A stretch of 28,642 nucleotides of DNA from an uncultured Gammaproteobacteria bacterium (GCA_964654265.1 CAZZIL010000360.1:1-28642), one strand, 5' to 3'; counted from the stretch's first letter, positions 16,034 to 25,313 are shown. Translations and numbers: made by a program. The notes: a model not told the origin generated them from the sequence alone.

Positions 16034-18213
16034 GCGGCGTCCCCGAAGACGACCTGGCGGTCGCGCCTGCGGTAGTGCCGGACCCCGAGCGCGGCGAGCG
16101 CGGCGAGCGTCGCGAGGAGCGCGGCGAGCGGCCAGGTGGCCGGGCGGTTCCACTCTGCGCGGCGGGCGGCGCGCAGCGCCGGGTCGATCCGGCGGTACTT
16201 CATCTTGTTGTTGAACACCGGCGCCGGGAAGACGTTGCCGACCCACTCGTGGCTGAGCGAGAAGTCGACCGGGTGGTAGCCCCAGATCCACGGGGTGTCC
16301 TCCCACAGTATCTCCAGCATCCTGCGGATCACCGGCGCCCGCGCGGCGTCGTCGTCCATCCGGCTCAGGCGGTCGAACAGCGCGTCGTACTCGGGGTTCT
16401 GGTAGTTCGACGCGTTCTCGCCGTCGCTGACCGTCTTCGACTGCGGCCCGTGGAACAGGAACAGGAAGTTCTCCGGGTCCGGGTAGTCGGCGTTCCACCC
16501 CCAGATGTAGATCTGCGCGCGCCCGGTGCGCACCTTCTCCCTGAACCGGCTGTAGTCCGTGGTGCGGAACCGCAGCTGGATGCCCAGCTCCTCGAACTCG
16601 CGGGCGAGCCAGTCGACGATCGGCTTGGCCGCCGGCCCCGACAGCGTGCTGTCGAAGTTGAGCACCAGCGGCTTCCCGGTCTCGGCGTCGCGCCCGTCCT
16701 TGTAGCCGGCCTCCTCCAGCAGCGCCTTCGCCTCGTCGATGCCGCGGCGCTCGAACCCGTCGCCGGCCTGGCGGAACACCCGGTGGTTGTGGCTTTCGGC
16801 GGTGACCTCCCCGCCGAAGATCACCGGCGGGATCGGCCCGTGCGCCGCGCGGCCGCGCTCGTTGCGGAAGATGCGGACGTACTCGCCGAAGTCGACCGCG
16901 ATCGCCAGCGCCTGCCTGAGCTTGCGGGCGCGGCCGCCGCCACCGACGACCGGGTCCCCCATGTTGAACCCGAGGTAGAAGATCGACGGCGCGACCGACG
17001 TGCGCAGCGACAGCCCGCGGGCCCTCATGTCCTCGCTCAGCGCGACGCCGTCGGGGCCGAACTCGACCACCTCGTGGAAGGCGTCCGAGCTGATCCCGGA
17101 GACGTCGTAGTAGCCCTGCAGGAACTTGTTCCAGTACGGGATCGACTCGGTCTCGCGGATGAACACCACCCGCTCGATGAGCGGGAGGCGCCGGCCCGCG
17201 TCCGCCAGCAGCCCCGCCGGCACGCCCGGCGAGGCGTCCGACGGGTAGCGCTCCTCCATGTAGTCCGGGTTGCGCTCCAGCACGATGCGCCGGTTCGACC
17301 GGTACTCGGTCATCATGTAGGGGCCGCTCCCGACCGGGTGGCGGTCCAGCGTGATGTCGCGCTCAGCCAGCGCCTCCTGCCGGTAGAAGCTGTCGGCCTC
17401 CCACGGGATCGGCGCGAAGAAGTGCTGCGTCAGCCAGTAGCGGAACTGGGGGTAGTTCCCGTTGATCAGGATCTCCAGCGTGTGGTCGTCGGGCGCGCGC
17501 GCGCCGCGGATGTCGTGGTCGCGGAGGTCGAACTTGCCGCCGGGGATCGCGGCGAGCCGCTCCCGGAGGTCGGCGAGCCCGACGATGTAGCGGCCCATCA
17601 GCCCGAAGATCGGCGACAGCACGCGCGGGTCGGCCAGCCGCTTCACCTGGTGCACGTAGTCCTGCGCGAGCACCCGCCGGCTGCCGGCGCGGGGGAAGTC
17701 GAAGACCGTGCGCACGCCGGCGAGGTCCCCCTCCCCCAGGTCGTGGTAGAGCGGCTCCCCCGCGTCGTCGACCGCGAGCGCCGGGTGCGGGTGGTAGCGC
17801 ATGTCGTCGCGCAGGCGGATCCGGTAGCGCGTGTGCGCGATCTCGCCGGGCGCCGCCCCGGCCGGCAGGACGTTCCCGTCGGCGTCCAGGTGGTCGACCT
17901 CAGGCATCGACCCGGCCGCGAACGGGATCACCTCGTACGGCCGCCTCAGGTAGTGGTACTGCAAGGGCGGGACGTAGATGTTGTCGATGATCTCGGCCTC
18001 GTCCGAGCTGTACGAGACCGCCGGGTCGAAGTGCTTCGGGTCCTCGGAGAACGGAAGGTACAGGATCGAGCGCGCGTCGTCGGCCGACGGGTACGGGTTG
18101 TTCCACGCGCGCTCGCACGACGACGACGCCACCGCCGCGAGCGACAGCGCGGCCACCGACAGGAGGACCCTTCCGTCGGGGGGGCGGCGGGACCCTGTCG
18201 AACTCTGCGCCAT
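16030..18213 (-). CDS. ABC transporter solute-binding protein, family 5 (OppA/DppA-like), with N-terminal lipoprotein signal and C-terminal TM helix
   Basis: Signal peptide ending ASSSC; DPKHFDPAVSY, PVGSGPYMM, WNADYPDPENFL motifs; hydrophobic tail WPLAALLATLAALAALGVRHYRRR. 727 aa. Confidence 0.88.
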   Translation of the reverse strand: MAQSSTGSRRPPDGRVLLSVAALSLAAVASSSCERAWNNPYPSADDARSILYLPFSEDPKHFDPAVSYSSDEAEIIDNIYVPPLQYHYLRRPYEVIPFAAGSMPEVDHLDADGNVLPAGAAPGEIAHTRYRIRLRDDMRYHPHPALAVDDAGEPLYHDLGEGDLAGVRTVFDFPRAGSRRVLAQDYVHQVKRLADPRVLSPIFGLMGRYIVGLADLRERLAAIPGGKFDLRDHDIRGARAPDDHTLEILINGNYPQFRYWLTQHFFAPIPWEADSFYRQEALAERDITLDRHPVGSGPYMMTEYRSNRRIVLERNPDYMEERYPSDASPGVPAGLLADAGRRLPLIERVVFIRETESIPYWNKFLQGYYDVSGISSDAFHEVVEFGPDGVALSEDMRARGLSLRTSVAPSIFYLGFNMGDPVVGGGGRARKLRQALAIAVDFGEYVRIFRNERGRAAHGPIPPVIFGGEVTAESHNHRVFRQAGDGFERRGIDEAKALLEEAGYKDGRDAETGKPLVLNFDSTLSGPAAKPIVDWLAREFEELGIQLRFRTTDYSRFREKVRTGRAQIYIWGWNADYPDPENFLFLFHGPQSKTVSDGENASNYQNPEYDALFDRLSRMDDDAARAPVIRRMLEILWEDTPWIWGYHPVDFSLSHEWVGNVFPAPVFNNKMKYRRIDPALRAARRAEWNRPATWPLAALLATLAALAALGVRHYRRRDRQVVFGDAA

Positions 18214-18224
18214 CGGCACGCGAA

Positions 18225-18232
18225 AGTATAAT
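18225..18232. promoter_or_regulatory. overlapping bidirectional -10 element (TATAAT on +, TATACT on -)
   Basis: AGTATAAT sits in the 27-bp gap between the divergent ATGs at 18213 and 18241. Confidence 0.55.
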
Positions 18233-18240
18233 CGCTTGCC

Positions 18241-19080
18241 ATGCTGCTGAAGGACAAGGTCGTGCTGGTGACCGGGCTGCTCAACCGGCACTCGATCGCC
18301 CACGGGATCGCCGGCGCCGTGCGCCGCCACGGCGGGCGCCTGGTGCTGACCCACCAGCGCGGCGAGCAGTTCGCGCGCCGCCTGCGCAAGATCGCCGGCG
18401 CGGAGTTCCCTGAGGCCGACGTCGCGCAGTGCGACCTGTCCGACGACGCCGACATCTCCGCCGCGATCCAAGCCGCCGGCGACGCGCACGGGCGCCTCGA
18501 CGGGATTGTGCACTCGGTCGCGTACGCGCCGCGGGAGACGCTGTCGGGCGCGTACCACGAGCGCGTCGACCGCGAGTCGTTCCGGGTGGCGAACGACATC
18601 AGCGCGTACTCGCTGGCGGCGCTGGTCAAGGAGGCGCTCCCGCTGATGTCGCGCACGGGCGGCTCGGTGGTGGCGATGTCGTACATCGGCGCGGAGCGCG
18701 CGATCCCGAACTACAACCTGATGGGGGTGGCCAAGGCGTGCCTGGAGGCCAACGCGCGCTACCTGGCGCTCGGCGCCGGGGCGCACGGCGTGCGCGTCAA
18801 CATCGTCTCGTCGGGTCCGATCCGGACCCTCGCCTCGTCGGCGATCGGCGGCATCGGCCGCATGCTCGATGTCGTCGGGCGCCAGGCCCCGCTCGGCCGG
18901 AACGTCGACACCGACGAGGTCGGCGACGTCACGGTGTTCCTGCTGTCGGACCTCTCGCGCGCGGTCACCGGGGAGACCGTCCACGTGGACGGGGGGTTCC
19001 ACTTGACGGCGCTGACGCCCGGGGGCGACGGCGACGGGCCTTCCGGCGAATCTTCCGGCAACCCGCCGGAGGCGGCCTAG
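18241..19080 (+). CDS. fabI: enoyl-ACP reductase (NADH)
   Basis: VTGLLNRHSIAHGIA, DISAYSL, catalytic YNLMGVAK, VNIVSSGPIRTLAS, HVDGG. Confidence 0.94.
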   Translation: MLLKDKVVLVTGLLNRHSIAHGIAGAVRRHGGRLVLTHQRGEQFARRLRKIAGAEFPEADVAQCDLSDDADISAAIQAAGDAHGRLDGIVHSVAYAPRETLSGAYHERVDRESFRVANDISAYSLAALVKEALPLMSRTGGSVVAMSYIGAERAIPNYNLMGVAKACLEANARYLALGAGAHGVRVNIVSSGPIRTLASSAIGGIGRMLDVVGRQAPLGRNVDTDEVGDVTVFLLSDLSRAVTGETVHVDGGFHLTALTPGGDGDGPSGESSGNPPEAA

Positions 19081-19123
19081 GGCCGGCGGGGACGCGCGAC
19101 CTGCCGGGCGCGCGCCCCCGCGC

Positions 19124-20989
19124 CTAGTTCAGCTCGTGGCGGCGGACGTCGATCGCGAGCTCCCCCTGCAGCTCCTCCAGGTAGCCGATCTGCTCCATCC
19201 GGCCGCGCAGGCCGCGGATCTCGTCGCGCACCGAGTCGTGGTCCTCCGCCGTCGGCGCGACGGTCTCGACCCCCTCGATCCGGATCAGCCTGATCGAGTC
19301 GTCGCCCGCCGCCACCGTGTACGCGGGAAGACCCTCCGACAGGTCCGTGCGACGGATGGTGTCCAGGTCCTCGGCCGTCAGCGCCAGCCCCTCCGCCTCC
19401 TCCTCGTCAAGCAGGAGGTTGACCACCTGGCTCTCCCCCCAGTCGAGCCCGGGGTCCTCGCCCGCGCGCAAGCTCTCGATCGTCCCCAGGATCTCGACGC
19501 GCGCCTGGTCCAGCGCCTTGTTGGTGACCACCCGCTCGCGGATCTCGTCGCGCACCTCGTCCAGCGACTTGATCCGCTCCGGCTCGTAACGGAACATCCG
19601 CGCCGCCACGAACTCGTCGTCCCCGAACGGGATCAGCGCGGTGTTGATCCCCTCGCGCGACTCCGCCGTGAACACCTCCGCGAGCACGTCCGCCTGGTCG
19701 AACGGCGGCGGGTTCTCCGCCGCGTCCTCCCCCTTGGCCAGCCAGTCAGTGCGCCGCACCTCCAGCCCGTTGTCGTGCGCGATCCGGGCAAGGCCCGCCG
19801 ACTCGACAAACAGCCGCTCGTTGATCTGCTCGATCTGCAGGTCGAAGTCCTCGGCGGCCTTGTCGCGGCGGATCTCGGCCCTGAGCTCGGCGTCCATCTC
19901 CTCGCGCGAGCCGACCGGGAAGCCGGGCCGGACCTCCGTGACCATGAGCAGGTGGACCCCGGCCTCGCTCTCCACCGGCCCGGACACCTCGCCGACCTCG
20001 AGGGCGAACAGCGCGTCGTCGAGCGACGGCTCCAGGTCGCCGCGCAGCACGAACCCGAGGTCGCCGCCGACCGAGCTGCTGCCGGGGTCCTCCGAGTGCT
20101 CCGCCGCGAGCTCCGCGAAGCGCGCCGGGTCCGTCGCCTGCGCCGCCAGTTCCGACAGTCGCGCGCGCGCCTCGTCGGGCGCGGCCGACTCCAGCAGGAT
20201 GTGGCTCGCGCGGCGCTGCTCCTCCTCGGCCGCCGCCGCCTGCAGGTCCTCGTGCGCCAGCGCGACCTCCTCGTCCGACACCTCGCGGTCCTGCGCGAAC
20301 CCGTCCAGGCTGTGGACGAAGTACTCGACTTGGCCGCGCTCCGGGACCAGCTCCGGGTTCTCCGTGTAGTGCTCCTGGATCTCCTCGTCGGTCGCCGACA
20401 CCTCCGCCCGGAAGTCGTCCAGCGGGAAGTCCACCACGCTCACCGTGCGCTCCTGCAGCTGGAACGCCAGGTACCACGCGAGCGCGCGCTCCGAGACCAC
20501 GCCGGCCCCGCGGAACACCCCGTCGAACTGGGACTCGCGCGCCTGCGCGCGCACCTGCCCGACGAACGTGTTCTCGTCGGTCACCAGCGAGTCGAACACC
20601 TCGCGGGAGAACTCCCCCTCGTCCTGGAACTCCTCGTAGCCCAGGATCAGGTCCCGCACCTCGGCGTCCGTCGCCACCAGCCGCTTGCGGTTGACCGCCT
20701 CGCGGTAGAGCAGCATCGACACCAGCTCGCTCACCAGCTGCGAGCGGAACGCGCGCTCGGTCTCCGGGGCCATGTTGTCGACGTCGGCCCCGCGCGAGCG
20801 CATCTCGTCGAGCGCCACCCGGTAGCGGTAGCGGTACTCCTCGCGGCTGATCTCCGAGGAGCCGACCAGGATCACCGCGTCGCCGGTCCCGCCCGCCAGG
20901 TAGTTCGCGCCGAAGAACCCCAGCGGGATCACGATCAGCCCGACCACCAGGTACTTGAACTGCGGGCTGGAGCGGACAAGGTCATACAT
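19124..20989 (-). CDS. ppiD: PpiD-like membrane-anchored periplasmic chaperone (SurA N-terminal plus parvulin domain)
   Basis: Single N-terminal TM helix; RRASHILL...SEDPGSSSVGGDLGFV...VGEVSGPVES parvulin motif; lies after hupB and two tRNAs as expected. Confidence 0.88.
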   Translation of the reverse strand: MYDLVRSSPQFKYLVVGLIVIPLGFFGANYLAGGTGDAVILVGSSEISREEYRYRYRVALDEMRSRGADVDNMAPETERAFRSQLVSELVSMLLYREAVNRKRLVATDAEVRDLILGYEEFQDEGEFSREVFDSLVTDENTFVGQVRAQARESQFDGVFRGAGVVSERALAWYLAFQLQERTVSVVDFPLDDFRAEVSATDEEIQEHYTENPELVPERGQVEYFVHSLDGFAQDREVSDEEVALAHEDLQAAAAEEEQRRASHILLESAAPDEARARLSELAAQATDPARFAELAAEHSEDPGSSSVGGDLGFVLRGDLEPSLDDALFALEVGEVSGPVESEAGVHLLMVTEVRPGFPVGSREEMDAELRAEIRRDKAAEDFDLQIEQINERLFVESAGLARIAHDNGLEVRRTDWLAKGEDAAENPPPFDQADVLAEVFTAESREGINTALIPFGDDEFVAARMFRYEPERIKSLDEVRDEIRERVVTNKALDQARVEILGTIESLRAGEDPGLDWGESQVVNLLLDEEEAEGLALTAEDLDTIRRTDLSEGLPAYTVAAGDDSIRLIRIEGVETVAPTAEDHDSVRDEIRGLRGRMEQIGYLEELQGELAIDVRRHELN

Positions 20990-21047
20990 CGGCGCAACCC
21001 GGCCGCCGCGACCGCGGCCGGCGGGACGGGGGAGGGGCGCTCAGGAC

Positions 21048-21124
21048 TGGCGGAGTGGACGGGACTTGAACCCGCGACCTCCGGCTTGACAGGCCGATAT
21101 TCTAACCAACTGAACTACCACTCC
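21048..21124 (-). tRNA. tRNA-Asp(GTC)
   Basis: GGAGTGG...CCACTCC-G-CCA; anticodon loop CTGTCAA; T-loop TTCAAGT; 77 nt. Confidence 0.96.
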
Positions 21125-21134
21125 GCAGGGAAAG

Positions 21135-21206
21135 TGGGTGCTGAGAGAGTCGAACTCCCGACTTCCGCCTTGTAAGGGCGACGCTCTGCCGCTGAGCTAA
21201 GCACCC
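21135..21206 (-). tRNA. tRNA-Val(TAC), CCA not encoded
   Basis: GGGTGCT...AGCACCC-A; anticodon loop CTTACAA; T-loop TTCGACT. Confidence 0.95.
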
Positions 21207-21250
21207 GATGCCCCGCGCGGGGCGACGGGTGGGCGCGGCAGCGCCCCCGG

Positions 21251-21523
21251 CTACTTGACGGCGTTCTTCAGCGTCGCGCCCGCCTTGAACTTCGGCTGCG
21301 TCGACGCCTTGATCTTGATCGTCTCGCCGGTCGCCGGGTTGCGCCCGGTGCGGGCCTTGCGCTTCACCACCGTGAAGGTGCCGAAGCCCACCAGCGTCAC
21401 GTCGGTCTTCTTCTTCAGGCTCTTCGTGATGCCGCTGACAACGGCGTCCAGCGCCTTCGCCGCATCCGTCTTCGAGAGCCCCGCCTCGTTCTGGATGTGC
21501 TCGACCAGTTCCGTTTTGTTCAT
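21251..21523 (-). CDS. hupB: DNA-binding protein HU
   Basis: MNKTELVEHI...LVGFGTFTVVKRKARTGRNPATGE...PKFKAG, 90 aa; GGGGAG RBS. Confidence 0.96.
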   Translation of the reverse strand: MNKTELVEHIQNEAGLSKTDAAKALDAVVSGITKSLKKKTDVTLVGFGTFTVVKRKARTGRNPATGETIKIKASTQPKFKAGATLKNAVK

Positions 21524-21559
21524 GCCTACTCCCCTTGGGTGTGTTTTGCTTGTTGGGCG

Positions 21560-21565
21560 ATTATA
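21560..21565 (-). promoter_or_regulatory. -10 box TATAAT for hupB-tRNA-tRNA-ppiD
   Basis: Perfect TATAAT 36 nt upstream of the hupB ATG. Confidence 0.65.
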
Positions 21566-21649
21566 CGCGAGGCGCGGCCGCCGGCGGCGCATTTCGTCGG
21601 CCGACGCCCCAAAAAACCCGCGCGCGGGTCCCCGGGCGCGCGGCGCGCC

Positions 21650-22960
21650 TCACGACAGCCTGGCCTTCCGCAGCTTGGTCTCGATGTCCTTGACGCGGAA
21701 GCGCACCTCGGACTCGGCCTCGGCGGCGTCGATGCTCGACATCGTCTGGCGCACCTTGGCGCGCAGCTCGGCGGCGCCCTTCAGCCCGTTCTCGGCGGCG
21801 ATGCTGACCCAGATGTAGGCCTCCTTCGGGCTGCGCGGCACCACCTCGCCCTCGAAGTAGAGGCGGGCGATGCGGTGCTGCGCCTCGGGGAAGTTCCCCC
21901 AGGCCGACGACTTGAGCCAGACGACGGCGCGGCGCTTCCCCTTGAGGTCCTTCTGCCGGGTGGCCCGGTCGTACAGCAGCTCGAAGAGGTAGTACTGCGC
22001 GTCGTAGCGCTTCTCGTTCGCCGAGTCGGTCAGCCACTTCTCCGCGAGCGTGATGTCGTGGAGCCCGGTGTCCTCGCGCATGTGCAGGCGGCCGAGCTGC
22101 GTCTTCGCGTCGGGGTCGCCCTTGCGGGCCGCCTTGCCGTACCAGTCCTTCGCCTTCCCGTAGTCGGGCGCGCCGCCGACGCCGCGCATGTAGAGGTCCG
22201 CCAGGCTCCGCTGCGAGAACGCGTCGCCGGCGGCCGCCATCGGCAGCAGCCACTTCTCCGCCTGCACCGGGTCCGCGTCGTAGCCCTCGAAGTTGCCGGA
22301 GAAGATCGACCCCAGGTACTTCTGGCTCGCGCTGTCGCCGGCCTGCGCCGCGCGCTGCAGCAGCGCCACCGCCTTGTCGATGTTCTTCTTCACCAGCTCG
22401 CCTTCCAGGTAGGCCTCGCCGAGCTCCGCCTGGGCGCGCACGTGCCCGCCCTTCGCCGACGCCATCAGGTACTGCAACGGGACCTGCGGCTTGATCGCGA
22501 CCGCCAGCTCCTCGTCGCTGCCGGCGAGCTTCCACACCTTGTACTGCGCGTTCGGCACCTCCTGCGCGGCCGCCAGCAGGTAGAACTCCAGCGCCTTCGC
22601 CGGGTCGGCCTCGGTGCCGCGGCCCTTCTCCGTCAGGATCCCCAGGTTGTAGGTCGCGTTGATCGACCCGGCCTCCGCCGCCTTGGCGAACCACGCATAC
22701 GCCTTCTCGTAGTCCTTGGGAAAGCCCTTTGCCCCCAGGTAGAGCAGCCCCAGCTTGAGCTGCGACGCGCGGTCGCCGCCCTCCGCCGCCGCGATCAGCT
22801 TGTTGACCTTGGCCTGCGTCTTCTCGTCGAGCTGGACCTCGCCGTCCTGGGCGAGCGCCCCGCCGGGCGGGTGCGCCGCCACCAGCGCCGCGAGCGCCGC
22901 CGCGCAGAGGAGCCTGCGCAGAAGGCCGCCTGCCACTGTCCTCGTTCCCGCGCCCGTCAT
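21650..22960 (-). CDS. exported Sel1-like repeat (SLR) protein
   Basis: Signal peptide (LLRRLLCAAALAALVAA...ALA-Q) and multiple Sel1 repeats such as SQLKLGLLYLGAKGFPKDYEKAYAWFAKAAEAG and AQHRIARLYFEGEVVPRSPKEAYIW. 436 aa from ATG 22960. Confidence 0.9.
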   Translation of the reverse strand: MTGAGTRTVAGGLLRRLLCAAALAALVAAHPPGGALAQDGEVQLDEKTQAKVNKLIAAAEGGDRASQLKLGLLYLGAKGFPKDYEKAYAWFAKAAEAGSINATYNLGILTEKGRGTEADPAKALEFYLLAAAQEVPNAQYKVWKLAGSDEELAVAIKPQVPLQYLMASAKGGHVRAQAELGEAYLEGELVKKNIDKAVALLQRAAQAGDSASQKYLGSIFSGNFEGYDADPVQAEKWLLPMAAAGDAFSQRSLADLYMRGVGGAPDYGKAKDWYGKAARKGDPDAKTQLGRLHMREDTGLHDITLAEKWLTDSANEKRYDAQYYLFELLYDRATRQKDLKGKRRAVVWLKSSAWGNFPEAQHRIARLYFEGEVVPRSPKEAYIWVSIAAENGLKGAAELRAKVRQTMSSIDAAEAESEVRFRVKDIETKLRKARLS

Positions 22961-22979
22961 CGCCGTGCCACCTGGGGGA

Positions 22980-22985
22980 ATTCTA
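22980..22985 (-). promoter_or_regulatory. -10 box TAGAAT for the Sel1 gene
   Basis: TAGAAT 19 nt upstream of ATG 22960. Confidence 0.5.
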
Positions 22986-23025
22986 CCAGAACCGGCGGCG
23001 GAGGCGAAACTTTCCCGCGCCGCCT

Positions 23026-24147
23026 TCAGCCGCCGTCGCCGCCTGTGGCGGCGCCGCGCTCGCGGAGTCGCACGACCCCCTCGACGAAGTAGTCCATCCG
23101 CACGAGGTCCCGGTCGGTCAGCCGGTCGCCCTCGGCGACGACCGGCCGGCCGTCGGAGGCGCGGATCGGCCCCTGGAACGGGTGCGCCTCGCGCGCGGCG
23201 ATGCGGCGCGCGACGTCGCCGACCTCGCCGATCACGCGCACCGGCAGCAGGTGGTGGTGGCCGTGCAGCCCGATCGCGCGCTCGCGCAGGCCGTGCCACG
23301 AGAACCTCGGCTCCCCGCCGTTGATGGCGCGGTTGAGCTGGATGCGGTACGGCCCCTCCCAGTCCGGGCGCACCCGCACCAGCGTCTTCGCGCCCAGCGG
23401 CGTCTCCTCGGCGATGCGCAGCGGGATCGACCAGGCGCCGTTCAGGTCCGCCAGCCGCGGCACCGTGTCGCCGTCGGTGTCGTGGACGAGCAGGTCGACG
23501 CCGCGGCGCCGCACCATCCCGTTGACGACGGCGCGCTCGGTGTCGGGGTCCGACGCCTTGCCGATGAAGAACGCGAACACCTGCGCCTGCGGGTTGCGCG
23601 CGCGCATGCCGAGCGCGAACGCGTTGATGTTGCGCACCGTCTCCGCGGTCGGCACCGTCGACACCAGCCCGGCGCGGCCGCTCCTCGACGCGAACCCGGC
23701 CAGCATCCCGGCGAGGTGGAACCCCTCGTACATGCGGATGCCGTACGCGCTCGCGCGCCCCGGCCGGCCGACCTCCGCGAGCACCGTGACGTACGGCGGG
23801 TCCTTGATCTGCCGCAGCGCCGCCTCCGCCGGGGCGTGATAGCCCGGCGACAGCAGGAACACCCCGGCGTAGCGCTCGTACGCCAGGCGCGCGAGCCGCG
23901 AGCCGATCTCGCCGTGCGGCACCCCCCAGTTCTCCTGGAGGTCCGCGCCACCCGGCGCCTCGGCGGAGATGCGCCCGATCGCCCGCAGGTGGGCCGCGCC
24001 GCGCAACGAGCCCTCCGGGAACGGCAGGTACAGCGCGACCTTCGGCGGCGCCGCCCGCGCCGCAGGCGGCAACGCCAGCGCCGCGAGCGACGCCGCGAGC
24101 GACGCCGCAAACGCGCGGCGGTTATGATTCGACCCTGTCCCGTCCAT
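23026..24147 (-). CDS. BMP/PnrA-family (nucleoside-type) solute-binding protein with a Tat-like signal
   Basis: NRRAFAASL...AARA signal; GIRMYEGFHLAGMLAG, RNINAFALG, GVDLL, DWEGPY motifs of the BMP family; divergent sequence. Confidence 0.75.
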   Translation of the reverse strand: MDGTGSNHNRRAFAASLAASLAALALPPAARAAPPKVALYLPFPEGSLRGAAHLRAIGRISAEAPGGADLQENWGVPHGEIGSRLARLAYERYAGVFLLSPGYHAPAEAALRQIKDPPYVTVLAEVGRPGRASAYGIRMYEGFHLAGMLAGFASRSGRAGLVSTVPTAETVRNINAFALGMRARNPQAQVFAFFIGKASDPDTERAVVNGMVRRRGVDLLVHDTDGDTVPRLADLNGAWSIPLRIAEETPLGAKTLVRVRPDWEGPYRIQLNRAINGGEPRFSWHGLRERAIGLHGHHHLLPVRVIGEVGDVARRIAAREAHPFQGPIRASDGRPVVAEGDRLTDRDLVRMDYFVEGVVRLRERGAATGGDGG

Positions 24148-24163
24148 CCTTGGGAGTGGCGCA

Positions 24164-24646
24164 ATGATACAGGACCGCCGGCTCTACCGGCCCAACGTCG
24201 GGATCATGGTCGCGAACCCGGAGGGTCTCGTGCTCTGGGCGCGGCGCGCCAACACGGACATCTGGCAGTGCCCGCAGGGCGGGATCGACCCGGGCGAGAC
24301 GCCGGAGCAGGCCCTCGCCCGCGAGCTGCTGGAGGAGACCGGCCTCGACCTCGGCCGACTGCGCGTGCTCGCGTCGACGCCGGGATGGACCGACTACGTG
24401 ATCCCCGAGCCGCTGCGCGGCCGCGGGGGCCACGTCGGCCAGAGCCAGAAGTGGTTCCTGCTGCGCTTCGACGGCGACGACTCCGAGGTCGACCTGGCGG
24501 CCGGCGGCGCCGAGCCCGAGTTCGACGCGTGGCGGTGGGAGGACCCGGCCGACATCCCCGCCCAGGTCGCCGAGTTCAAGCGCGAGTCCTACGGCCGCGC
24601 GCTGCGCGAGTTCCGCCCGCACCTGCGCCGCCCGGCGGCGCGATAG
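24164..24646 (+). CDS. rppH: RNA pyrophosphohydrolase
   Basis: YRPNVGI, Nudix box PQGGIDPGETPEQALARELLEETGL, GQSQKWF, PEFDAWRW, FKRESY. Confidence 0.93.
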   Translation: MIQDRRLYRPNVGIMVANPEGLVLWARRANTDIWQCPQGGIDPGETPEQALARELLEETGLDLGRLRVLASTPGWTDYVIPEPLRGRGGHVGQSQKWFLLRFDGDDSEVDLAAGGAEPEFDAWRWEDPADIPAQVAEFKRESYGRALREFRPHLRRPAAR

Positions 24647-24647
24647 C

Positions 24648-25313
24648 TCAGCCCCCGCGGATGTCGACGCCGCCGTCGCCGGCGACCACCACCAGGTCCG
24701 CCGGGCGCGCGGCGAAGATGCCGTTCCCCACCACCCCGGGGATGCTGTCGATCCGCCGCTCCATCGCGAGCGCGTCGACCAGCCCCAGGTTCGACACGTC
24801 GAGGATCTGGTGGCCGTTGTCGGTGACGAACCCCTCGCGCCACACGGGGAGGCCGCCCATCCCCGCGAGCCGCGCCGCCACCTGGCTGCGCGCGAACTCC
24901 AGCGTCTCGACCGCCACCGGGAACGCGCCGAGCAGGTCCACGCACTTCGAATCGTCGACGATGCACACGAAGCGGCGCGCGCACGACGCGAGCACCTTCT
25001 CCCGGGTGAGCGCCCCGCCGCCGCCCTTGACCATGCGCCGGCGCCCGTCGATCTCGTCGGCGCCGTCGATGTAAAGGGTCGGCGGCCCCGACTGCGACAG
25101 CCCCACCGGGGAGAACCCCGCCTCGCGCAACAGCCGCGCGGTCTCCACCGAGCTCGCGACCACCGCGTCGATGCGCGCGCGCACCGACGCCAGCCCGGCG
25201 ACCAGGTGGCCGACCGTCGACCCGGAGCCGACCCCCAACACCTCGCCCGCCGAGACGAACCCCAAGGCCGCCGCCGCCGCCTCGCGCTTCCTGTCCTCCG
25301 CCGGGCGACTCAC
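24648..25313 (-). CDS. rpiA: ribose-5-phosphate isomerase A
   Basis: LGVGSGSTV, YIDGADE, KGGGGALTREK, TDNGHQILD, IPGVVGNGIF. GTG 25313 chosen as start. Confidence 0.95.
   Translation of the reverse strand: MSRPAEDRKREAAAAALGFVSAGEVLGVGSGSTVGHLVAGLASVRARIDAVVASSVETARLLREAGFSPVGLSQSGPPTLYIDGADEIDGRRRMVKGGGGALTREKVLASCARRFVCIVDDSKCVDLLGAFPVAVETLEFARSQVAARLAGMGGLPVWREGFVTDNGHQILDVSNLGLVDALAMERRIDSIPGVVGNGIFAARPADLVVVAGDGGVDIRGG

Noticed and set aside
24079-24108. 12-bp tandem repeat CGCCGCGAGCGA x2.5
   Set aside because: Simply encodes AASL-AASL in a signal peptide; in frame, so not a phase-variation tract.
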